A DNA stretch of 64,000 nucleotides from positions 10,726,001 through 10,790,000 of the forward strand of contig OX638162.1 in assembly GCA_951804945.1 (NCBI GenBank), written 5' to 3'. Each line of letters begins with the position of its first letter. Positions within the stretch are counted from its first letter, which is position 1. Positions 1-10,900 of this stretch are shown piece by piece. This DNA is from Podarcis cretensis. Taxonomy: Eukaryota. Made by a program: the position numbers and the translations under genes. Below the pieces are notes generated by a model. That model had not been told where the DNA came from and ran no database searches. It saw only the letters and a list, made by a program, of their open reading frames with translations.

Positions 1-224
1 CAGAGCCAGAGCCAGAGCCGCACACGGAAACGCCGTTTACCTTCCCGCTGGTAAGCGGTCCCTATTTATCTACTTGCACCCGGAGGTGCTTTCGAACTGC
101 TAGGTTGGCAGGCGCTGGAACCGAGCAGCGGGAGCGCACCCCGCTGCAGGGATTCAAACCGCCGACCTTTCGATCGGCAAGTCCTAGGCGCTGAGGCTTT
201 AACCTTTAGTGCCACCTGCGTCCC
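1..224 (-). mobile_element. Sauria SINE, young subfamily (5' part; 3' part outside window), inserted in ERV integrase
   Basis: Reverse complement begins GGGACGCAGGTGGCACTAAAGGTTAAAGCC with tRNA-like A/B boxes; about 97% identical (7 differences) to the SINE at 29293-29663; integrase codons resume at 225. Confidence 0.93.
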
Positions 225-769
225 AGAATTGCGCAAAAAGCTGTGCTCAATTCTGTGAAACTTGGAATAGTCACCATTTATTTGGCATCCCTTATAATTC
301 TCAAGGCCAAGCTATTGCTGAACGTGCTAACCACACTTTGAAAACTGCTTTAATCCGGCAGGAAAAAAAGGCCGGAGTCCCAGCCTCACTTTCAGAAAAG
401 GAAGGCTGGTTGGCTAGTGTTCTCTTTACTCTTAATCATTTGAATGTTTCCATACAGGATCATGAATCCTTTACTCGGCTCCAAAAGCATTTTCAGCAGA
501 AAGAGATACTTCCAGCCCCGCTGGTCCGTTATAAAATATTACCCTCCAACGAATGGAGTGAACCAGTGAAATTGATTACGTGGGGAAAGGGTTATGCTGC
601 AGTTTCTACTCCACAGGGTGCTCGCTGGGTTCCCGCACGCTGCGTCTGCCTCTATCATGGCTTGGCAACAGGCCCTGCAGAATCCGATACCACAGTTCGA
701 CGGTCAACTGCAGATCGCCCAGGATGCGACGCCCGGCCCCCCCAGGACTCGCAAGCGGGGAAATCGTAA
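225..769 (+). pseudogene. pol: Retroviral integrase C-terminal part, interrupted upstream by a SINE
   Basis: GIPYNSQGQAIAERANHTLK (catalytic Glu region) and LITWGKGYAAV...RWVPAR, typical of class II integrases; stop at 767-769. Confidence 0.92.
600..616 (+). promoter_or_regulatory. Probable env splice acceptor
   Basis: tttctactccacag lies in the WGKGYAAVSTPQG codons, the position used by betaretroviruses; first downstream ATG (657) has strong Kozak context atcATGG. Confidence 0.65.
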
Positions 770-2135
770 TGGACCAGTGACGTGGGGCCAAATAAAACCA
801 CTCTCACTTCAAGCTGAACAGTTTAGAAAGGAAAAGCACCTGGAAGCAACCCCTGATAATTTGCTTCTATGCCTCATTTCATGCCTTAATATAAATTCCA
901 TGATAGTGCTCATTTTCAGTGTTTTGTTTTTGCCCCTCTCTGCTTCCGCTCCTAACAGCGGTGATTCCACACCAATAAATGTGTGGGAATCTTTTGCAAA
1001 AAACCTCAATGTTTCTTCCTTTTGCCTAACTCAACAGGTATCAATAGGTGAAATCCTTGGCTCTTGCCTTATCCCTGTTTGCCATGACCCTTTTGATATG
1101 CAAAATGATACCTGGTTTTATTCATCCCTACCCCAAAATGATTCCCTTCGCACCCTTGGTTATTCCGGTTACCATCACTGGGGTAACCAACTGCGTCGAC
1201 GCCCATCTCTGGCAATTGATTTGTTAACCCCATACGTGGCCTCCTCTAATGCCACTTGTGCCCGTATGGTCAATTGCACTAAAACCAACTGTGTGAAAAT
1301 GGGCAAGGATAACAATTTTAATTGCTCTAATTATGTAAATATTTCATATATATATAAATATACAGAGCTGCCTGAAGGCTGGTTCTGGTCGTGCCCAGGC
1401 TATACATTCAATTATATTCCGGCAAACATCAGCCATGGCACACCTTGTTGCTTAAGCCGTTTGTCCATCATTTTACCCAAGAAGCATCATTTATCTCGCT
1501 CTCGATATCAACGCTCTGTAGAATTGACTAATGATTGTGATGGTTCTGTTTCTCTCCCTAGCAGATCTGAATATATTTCTCTAGCTGTCTCTCTCTTAGG
1601 AGTCCCTGGACTGGCTGTACGGAATAGCAGGAATATTAATTCTTTAGCTTGCTCTGCAGCAAAAGCTCTGAACTTTACCTCACAAGCCCTTCACCTTTTG
1701 AATAAAGAGCAGAGTGAGCTCCAACATGGACTCTTACAGAATCGCGCTGCAATTGATTATTTGCTGATGCTTCATCATTATGGATGCGAACAAGTGGATG
1801 ACATGTGCTGTTTTAATATTACTGACAATTCTAAGGCTATTCAAAAATAGATTTCTCATTTGCAAAATCTCACACATCACATCAAACAGGACGATGGACT
1901 TCCTGGCCTCTGGGATTCGTTTACCCAGTGGCTCACTGGCTGGTTGCCAAATCTGAATTGGCTTCGCAATCTTTTCCAATATGCTATTGTCATAGTATGT
2001 ATATTAATTTTGCTATGTTGCTTCATCCAATGCATCCCTGGTCTCATACACCTTTGGTTTCAGTGTTTTTCTCCTCCTCAGCCACCCAATAAAATCATTG
2101 CTGCCTACTTTGCGAAATGGCAGCACCAACAGTAA
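657..2135 (+). pseudogene. env: ASLV-type envelope glycoprotein with one premature TAG at 1848-1850 (397-aa ORF; 492 codons if read through)
   Basis: SU NVWESFAKNLNVSSFCL...SCLIPV; furin site RYQR; Cys-flanked internal fusion peptide; ISD LQNRAAIDYLL and CX6CC (CEQVDDMCC); membrane anchor YAIVIVCILILLCC in the same frame after the stop. Confidence 0.92.
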
Positions 2136-2149
2136 ACATTAGGGGAGAT

Positions 2150-2307
2150 GTGGGCAGAATTATTTCGGGCATGCGCTGGCAAACCACGAATCCCGAAGTA
2201 TTTTTGTCCCATTCACCCTGAACTCACTTAACAACATCGGTGGGCAGAATTATTTAGGGTATGCGTTGGCAAACCACGTATCCCGATGTATTTCTGTCCC
2301 CCTCACC
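2150..2307 (+). repeat. Two ~68-nt direct repeats (period 90), each folding into a long hairpin; ERV 3' UTR
   Basis: gggcagaattatttcggg...tggcaaacca...cccgaagtatttttgtccc at 2152-2210, second copy at 2242-2300. Confidence 0.85.
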
Positions 2308-2310
2308 ATT

Positions 2311-2333
2311 AAATAAAGAAAGAAAGGGGGAGA
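2311..2333 (+). other. Polypurine tract
   Basis: aaataaagaaagaaagggggaga directly before the LTR TG. Confidence 0.9.
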
Positions 2334-2848
2334 TGATGGGATGCTATGAGTCTTGCACATGACTGTGGCCTGATGGGAAGTCTTGCTCCTAAGCTTCGCT
2401 TCTGTACATAATGCTGCACAAACCATCCTAATACTAAGACATTCACTCACCACTTTAGAATGTTCAGTTCACATTGAGTTCAGGAAAACATTGTCCTTTG
2501 ACCTGTTCTTATATGCATAGTTGATCACATCTACGGAACGTGCTTGTTATGCTCTTTTAAGTTTCCTATATCAATCATTAGTAATTGTTTTAAGTCTTAC
2601 TATATTAACCATTGGTTATAATTTAATTAGGAGGTTTTCATGCCTGTCTAGTTCTGCGCTCCCTTTCCCAGTCTTTAATCTATTGGTGATTAATGCAACC
2701 TTTGCTTTGTACTTGTGTTAACCAATCAGCAATAAGCACATATGTGGCAATGCTGTAATAATCAATAAAAGAGGCTCCTTGGGACTTGCTCGAGGAGATG
2801 CCTCCCAGATGACACTCGCTACCTGTCTGTCGTTATTTCAACCCAACA
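2334..2848 (+). mobile_element. 3' LTR (~515 bp)
   Basis: Termini TGATGGG...CCCAACA after the PPT; CCAAT at 2722; AATAAA at 2764-2769. Confidence 0.85.
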
Positions 2849-4692
2849 GATCCCCACCCCAACGCCAGTCCAGATGACTTCAAAACATATTCCCCACCAC
2901 CCAACAACCCACAAACAGGCTAAAATCTGACACAATCAGCACAATGGTGGCACCAGAGCGTACCAACACCCACATCCCCACCCCAACATTCTGCTAATAA
3001 CATGTTGCTAATAACACTGGCAACACTGCTTATGAACCCTATACCCAACATTGGCGTCACAAAGACGCTTAACACTGTGTCACTGACCACCCCCTATCAT
3101 AAATGACAGGGAGGATGGTCTACCCCTGAACTAGGCCATCCATGCCAGCTGAGACTCAGGACCAACCGGCTAAACGCCATATGGCCCAAAATACCCCTAA
3201 CAAACACCTATATGACTACATATAGGATATTCTCTATAACCTAGCATACCCACTCCTCCCAAACAAACTAAAGAAAATTCCCACAACACTTAATAGGTAC
3301 ACACAGACCATGCTCAAAGCATGGAAAACAGAAATAGGCAAACTATCCCCAACCCCAGCCACACTAATCTCCCTGGCGTACCACCTATTATTCCACCATG
3401 CAGCACAAAACCTCCAGATTAAAAACCTGGCGAACCAAAGGCTTATATCGCCCAATAGACTTTTATAAAACCTTTGTCAACACAAGAAATACAAGACAAA
3501 CTAGAAGACACCCAAATGCCCTGGTTAACACAACACCAAGTACATGCCCTCTTAAACAACCCAACAGTAAAATCAGCAGCAACTAGGCCCCCGACAACCT
3601 TCGAAAACCTCCTAACAACAAAGGGAAACGGTAAAGGGACGGTATCCGCAATATACAAAATACTACTCCAAAATCCCTCAAACCCCCTAGACACAATCAA
3701 AAAACAATCGGAGAATGACATAGGCTATGAGATTAACCCCACTCAATGGACCAGAATGTGGTCTAAACCCCCCTTTAAATCCATATCAATGAAAAGAAAA
3801 GAACTCACTTTGAAACTCACCTAGAGGTGGTACCTAACACCAAGAAAACTAGCGCTAATACGCCCAGGAACCTCACCAAAATGCTGGAGAGGGTGCACCT
3901 CCACAGGCACATACCTCCACATGTGGTGGGAGTGTCCCAAAATCCAACTATTCTGGACAACAGCCATGCAAGAAATAGGTAAAATAACTAAGCAAGTATT
4001 AGACATCACCCCAGAATTGGCCCTACTAAACATCTTCCAAGACAACAATGCCCATTTACACCACAAAGAACTCATAACCCACCTACTTTCAGCAGCCAGA
4101 AACACCATAACCAGACACTGGAGAGACCTGTCAGGAGTAAGCATGGACCAATGGTACCAAATAGTATGGGAAACAGCCCTACTAGAAAAATTAACCAATA
4201 AACTGAAACTGACACGGGGACAAACAGAAGAAGATGCCTTTACCCCAGTATGGCGCCCCTTTATCACATACACAGCCCAACAAGACAATGACAATAATCC
4301 ACCAACAGCATACAAATCAATATGGCTAACCTGATCCGAAACACCCACCCACCCCACTCACACACGAAAACAAAGATCACCACATCCAATCACAAACAAA
4401 CAACCACACCCTAGGCCAACCCCAACCTCTCTTACCACCAAAGGAACACAAGTGAACAAAACAAACAGCGCTGACACCAAACCCTACATACATTAAGCAT
4501 AACAGAAACATCGCCACCCAACCCCACCCCCACCCATCTTCCCTCCCTCCACCCCCTTTCCCCCTCCCCAATGTCTCAACAAATGAAACGGATTTGTAAA
4601 AATGTTACATGGAAAAAATATGAGAGACATTACACATACTTCTGTAAAACAAGAAAATCTTTAATAAAAAATTTAAAAAACAACAACAAAAA
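2849..4692 (+). mobile_element. L1-clade LINE 3' portion (degenerate ORF2 C-terminus, 3' UTR, A-rich tail); 5' boundary uncertain
   Basis: WYLTPRKLALIRPGTSPKCWRGCTSTGTYLHMWWECPKIQLFW Cys/His knuckle; stop and frameshifts; AATAAA plus A-rich tail 4663-4692; 2849-3230 assigned only by shared A/C skew. Confidence 0.8.
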
Positions 4693-4828
4693 CTGATTTA
4701 TATTTCAAACTTTGCATATGGTAAAGCAGACACATCAGTTATAATGCATATGCAAAGACAGACACCCAAAGATAGTTAATCCCATCTTGTGCATATGGAC
4801 GAATTAACTAGGAACAGTCCTTATTCAC

Positions 4829-4971
4829 CTGCTCTGTCCAAAGTGTCTCCTTCATAACCAGCGTTCAGGTTTTCAGAGCTGTGGGCAGTGCCAATGGAGG
4901 CCTCAGATTCCAGAGTTTCATCATCAGAGGCTCTTGGGTCTAGTACCAGCATCTCAACAGTTAAGTTTTCC
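4829..4971 (-). CDS. MYO9A: MYO9A penultimate coding exon
   Basis: [35 protein letters not shown]; cctcag acceptor, gtgaat donor. Confidence 0.9.
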
Positions 4972-7900
4972 CTGAGGAAACAAACAAAAAACAATTGGAC
5001 TAAAGGGAAGAAGAGAAACCAGCAGTGTGAGCAGGGAGTCTGGAAGTACTGGAGTATTTAGGTCACTAGAAAACACATTATCTGGAGCAAACATTTTTGG
5101 GCAAACGAAACCGAACAATTTTAACTGAAGATACATTGTAAGATATTTACAGCTGGGATGGTTCTAGAAAGCATTTGGTTATCACAAACCTGCTCCCAAT
5201 TTGAATGTGCAACCCAGCTCCTATGTGAGGCTTTCATTTCTTGAACCGTGGCAACCTTGACCACCCTCCTTGCTCCTCAGTTCTACTCATCCAGACTTAC
5301 TTTTCTTTCTGAAGGTTTTCAATCTGTTCCGTCAAAACCCTCTCTTCTTCCTGCATGGCAACTTTCTGCTGCTCAGAAACCTCTGCCTCCATGGCCTCTT
5401 CGCCACTCAGGACCTCTTCAGAAGCATCAGAGGCAGATGGCAACCGGAGAGGAGCTGGAGATGAAGGACTTGGGTAGGCCCCACGATGTAGCCGACCTTT
5501 ACCCTGTAGGCACAGTAGCGCTAATGAGGAGCACGGCCTTTTAAGCCCACTCTGAAAATTACTGACACCCCTGATATATGTATGCAATATAACGAGCAAA
5601 CAAACAACACCTGTGTGTGACTGGCAGAGAAAGACAAAACAGGGAGCAAATACACATTTAAGGACACACGAATTATTTCAGAGGTTCTTTAAAAAAAAAA
5701 CATTTCAACTATAGATGATGAGCAGAATTTTGGCAGGTATCAGAAGTCACTCCTTTATTCTACAGATGTAGTTTACAACAAAGGTACCTCTGTTGGCCAA
5801 AGCATCTGTGCAGGAAGAGAATATCTGGATTTCTACATATATTACTATACTATATAGTATATTATTATGCTATACTATATATAGTATACTGTACTATATA
5901 AAATCTTCCCACACAATATTGTAAGAAACCTTTGTGTTTTTCTATGTGGAAAGTCTGAGAACAAGAGATAAATCCACCTATAGTTGATTATCCTCCATTT
6001 TGCACTGTGTAGTGAAATTCCATGACTAACAAGTGCATGAGGGTAGCTATCCCTGAAGACAGTGCCATGAAATATTCAAATTCTGATCAGGCAGTTCCAG
6101 ACTGTCCTATGGAACTGGATCCTACATGATCACACCTGTCTCAATTTATACAATTTCCTTTAGTGCTGTCTCTTTTCTTCTTGAATAAGCTTGCTCTAGA
6201 GAAGCAATCCTGGACCTCTGAAAGGGTGGAGCCGACGTTCTTATAACAGGAAAGAATTCCCTTTTCCCTCTTAGGCGGACACTGTGTGCCGTACTCCCAG
6301 ATAAATAGAAAATACAGTATCGCAAGGTTGCGCCTCTGTGCAAGAAGACCCAATGAAGCGCTGAAAGCAAATTTGATACAATTTGCTTTCTTAAGAGTCA
6401 AGGCTTTGAACTGCACACTTGCAAGATTGCATTTAAGTCTAGAAGAAAAACTGCAAAAGTGAGAATGGAGCGTGAAAGATCTTTTTTTATACACTACTGA
6501 GAAACTGCATAGAAACACAAAAACAACTTTTGATGGATCAGAGGAAATGGTCCCATCTACTTCAGCACCCTGCCAGCTGGTTTTGGAAAGGGCATGAAGG
6601 CAATTGCACAGTACACCCACGTGCAGGTACAGAAAATGTCCAGTAATTGTTTTTCTTAGGGAAAAGCAGCTTCAAGTGAAAGAGCTCTTGTGAAACATGG
6701 TGGGGAGAAGGCATTGAATCCCTCTCTCAGACTGCCAGATCTGTACTCCAATCTGTACAGCGGCTTTTCTGCCTAAAGAATTGTAGATGTGCACTCTCAG
6801 AAAGATGTGCTTGAAATCCCAAAGGAAAAGTTGTTTGGGAGCAGCGATTTGAGGCAGGGATGTGGCAGGTAGATGAAACACCACTCACTCCTCATCTCCA
6901 CTGCTCCTCTGCTCAGAATTACCACCCCCAGAGCTCCACCTCCTCCAGAAAAGGCCTATGTTAAATTTGTATGTGTGGGACAGGTTGTTCTACTCAAAGT
7001 AATGTCTGAATGCTTATCTAAATTTAAAAATATTTGATTCTCTAATGTGGTTATGCCCCACTGGTGTTGTTGTTGAAAAAAATTAAACAGGACTATATTT
7101 AGTATATGGGACGCGGGTGGCGCTGTGGGTTAAATGACAGAGCCTAGGATTTGCTGATCAGAAGGTCGGCGGTTCGAATCCACGTGATGGGGTGAGCTCC
7201 CGTTGTTCGGTCCCTGCTCCTGCCAACCTAGCAGTCCAAAAGCACACCAAAGTGCAAGTAGATAAATAGGTACCGCTCCAGGCAGGAAGGTAAATGGCGG
7301 TTCTGTGTGCTGCTCTGGTTCATCAGAAGCGGCTCAGTCATGCTGGCCACATGACCCAGAAGCTGTATGCCGGCTCGCTAGGCCAATAAAGCGAGATGAG
7401 TGCCGCAACCCCAGAGTCGGTCACGACTGGACCTAATGGTCAGGGGTCCCTGTACCTTTACCTATATTTACTATCCAATTGAATCCAATTATTTGAGCTG
7501 TATCTCAGTGATAGAACATGTGCTTTGTATGCCTAAGGGTTATCAACTTCTATCCCAGGCATTTCAGTTAAATGCATCCTGAGTAACAGGTATTGTGAAA
7601 GATCCCTGCCTAGGATCCTACAGAGCCACTGATGGTCAGAGCAAACAAACCAGTCAAGATGAACCAACACAGGCAGTACCCCACTTCTGATAAAGTGAAA
7701 CACTCTGGAGAGCAGCAGTTTGTTCCTGGAGACAATACTGAGCTAGACAGATCTGACTCTGCAAGGCAACTTCCTATGTTCATTTACTTGCAAGGAAGAT
7801 TCATAATTACCATTGGCATTTCTTCTAGCAAGAAGAGGGGGAAAGCAGACTCCTACATTGCCCCTCTCTGGTAAGGTAATGGATGATTTCTTGTTTTCTG

Positions 7901-10900
7901 GTTCTTCTTGAGAAATCTAGCTATGGTGGTGGTGGTTGTTAGGTTTAATAAAAGTTGGATGGGGAAATAGCTTTTCAGAAGGATGGATTTGAATTTGCCC
8001 TCTTCCAAGCAAATGTTGCTTAGGATCTTAAAATGAAAAAAGGACTGATCAAGCGGGCAAGACAAGGAAGAGAAAAATCACTTAGAATAAAGGGTTAGTA
8101 GAGAAGGCAGAAAAGGAGAAAATAAAAATGTAAGGAAACCAGCTCAAGGGAATGGTAAGGTCACAAATCACAAACACAACTTTCCAAGTGAACTAGCTTT
8201 ATTCTGATATACTTTTAGTTCAGGGACAGGCAATGTGGCGCCTTCCAGATGTTGCTGGACTAGTTTCCGTAATCCCTGACCACTGGGTCCTGCTGTCTAG
8301 GGCTGACGGGAGTTGGAGTCCAACAACATTTTGAGGGCCATATGTTCCCCATCCCTGCTATAGTTGTTTGGAACTGCCTGGAAGTCCAGCCTCAATCTGT
8401 GACTGGAAAGCTGTTCCATCAGTAGCAGAGACAGGCTGGTGTTTTACACTCCTCTAGAGACCACTTGCAGATCAGATGCTGGAAGAAAGCAATGTACCGT
8501 ACTTGGTTCACTGCAACCTCAGTCACTATTCAGAGTCCTTTCCTGCCACCCCTGTGGAAAACTGGCCTCATCTGTGCTTCCTGTTGGTACCAATTGTCTA
8601 CCAGAAGAACCCAAGGACAGTTTAAGGGAGAACAAACGAACACACACACACACACACAGAGTTATGAAGTGTGTTGGGGCATGGAGCATGCAGCAGCACT
8701 GAAATGAGTGGAGGGTAACAGCACAAGGTCAGTGCAATGCAATTCTGATACATACCGGGATCGAACTGCGGGTTATGCTCATAAATCTAACGGCAATTAG
8801 TACAGGTTTCTGGATTAGAGAGGATAGGAAAAGGAAAGGAGTAGGTTAGAGTGCACGTGCCATCACCCTTCTCAAAGAGGCGCTAGGCTTTCAAACGGAA
8901 GCCAGGTCTCAGCTGCAACTGTGAGAAAGCATAAGTAAACCACAAGCCACTGTGTGCTGCATAAAAGAGGTGGATTAGCGCTGACTGTGTGTTCTCAATA
9001 CAGCATGCTGAGAGGACTCAGAGTGCCCATGCTTGCTTCCAGCAGTGTAACTGGGTCACCTGCCACATGACTAGCCAAGCCCTATTATATAAGCAGATAA
9101 TGTGACACATTACAAAGCCTGCCATGTGTTCATCTCCAAACAGAGGAAAACACAGGCCACTTCAGACTGCCTTTCAACTCAGCAGCCCAGCTAACAGTGT
9201 GCAAGCTTTTCATATTTCAGAAAGGCAGCGAGGCAAGAGGAAGCAACCTGCTTAAAGGAGCTCAGCATGAGCTGGACTGAAATATGCATGGCAGCTTCAC
9301 CACAGGTTCTCCCACTGGCACGTGCATGTGGGAGGGAAGCAAATGGAAGCCTGTTCTGTGTCAGATGAGAGCACTGTAGGATTAGGGAGAACCAGATGCT
9401 AAGAAGGGTTGCTCACGGAGGAAGGCCAATTACACACAAGCTAAAGTGGCCCAAATTCACCAAGGCAACCACGAGAAGTAAAAATATCAGACCCCCACCA
9501 AGGAACTAATGGGTTGGTCTTTGTGGGATAATGCCAGAGACACACTGCTCCCACCTTCTCTGAGTTTTTGCTTTGTACACATCTGCAGCTCTGAAGACTC
9601 AATCCAGGATAAAGCCAAACTTTAGCTTATGTGCTAGACCCAACTGTGTGTTAAAAGGTTTTGAGGATGTGTAAGGTGTGGAAAGACATGAAGAAGAGGA
9701 GATTGGGGAAGTGGGAAGAGGAGAGAGAGAGGGAGGGGAAGAGAGAGAGAAAGAGGGAAGAGACATGGATGTGTTCTCAGCTCCAAGATACTGTATTAAA
9801 CAAATCTGCTGTTAAACAAGTGTGGCATTGAAACACACACACAATCTATCACCTCCAAATTCTCGCTTGAAGAGGAAAGTTACATTAACAGATGTGGGCT
9901 GACTGGGGAACAGGAAGACCATGGGTCTTGGTATAAATTTCTTCCTGTTATGATGGTCAGCCAGGAATTCATCCACTCCTTCTCCTTACCATAGACCTCC
10001 TGATCATCGAGAGCCGGCTCTTGGCCTTGTTCTCTGCGAACTCGAGGCTACTGATGTCTTTAAGGCGAGCCCGATATTTGTCCATTTGCTCTACAACGAT
10101 CAGCTCAATGCAGCTGAAAGAGAAAACGTGTTAAGATGGAAAACTGAGCTACATTTGACTTTAGGATGTATACAGAAGGAGATAGATCTGAAAATTTTCT
10201 TGTTCTGAACATTATGACTGAGAAACTGGAACCAAGTATATTCTGATGACTGCCGTTTCAGGGATCTCATTTCCACAGCAGTACTCCCTGCCTGCCACCA
10301 ACATGACCAACATGACTGACAGGGCCAGTCTCACTATGGGTCATCTTTAGAGATTCCCCTGAAACATTCTCCACAATTTCACAGTGTATTGTATGCAGGT
10401 ACTAAGGCTGCCCCCTCAAAAGCACCAACCCTGGAATTTCTGCAAGTGTGTGTGTGATTAGAAGCATTTCAGAAGAAGGGTGTTGATGCTTACTGCAATA
10501 GGGAGAGAAAAAACATCACTTCCCACCCATCCCTTCTCTCCATTGGAGGTAAGAATGCAAATTTTCATCATCATGTACAATTAAATACACATAGAAGTCT
10601 CTTTGAGACTGCTGGCTGAACACAATAAATTGGGGTGGAGATAGAAAGTGTAAAATTGCTCCCCACTGCACATATTCAGTCTATTCAGGGGAAGGGTTTT
10701 CACAAGTTTCCATTTTTACTAATAATTTAGCACTAGCAAGATACACACCAGACTGAACATACATATAGAAATGGGGCCATAAAGATGGCCTGAAGCTGAG
10801 CAGGTAGGAAAGTGATGGATCTCACTTTCTTTCACAGTTGATTTTGCCTTGCCTTTCTTTCTCTTGACCTCTGATCCTTCTTCCTATCAAACTGCACATC

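Larger units (their letters stand above)
225..2848 (+). mobile_element. Class II (alpha/betaretrovirus-like) endogenous retrovirus, 3' half: IN-env-3'UTR-PPT-LTR; antisense to MYO9A
   Basis: Integrase, env, polypurine tract and TG...CA LTR in canonical order. Confidence 0.95.

Noticed and set aside
209-224. Start of the 186-aa ORF 209-769
   Set aside because: The first codons come from the antisense SINE; not a real start, only an interrupted integrase
594-656. ATG 594 as env start
   Set aside because: Lies upstream of the probable splice acceptor at 616; ATG 657 has the better context
724-780. ATG 724 (MRRPAPP) as a frameshifted Rec-like start
   Set aside because: Needs an extra C in the C7 run; the open frame from 657 explains the motifs without it
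2150-2307. CRISPR-like array or canonical MPMV CTE
   Set aside because: Only two units in eukaryotic DNA with no cas genes; CTE loop motifs not seen
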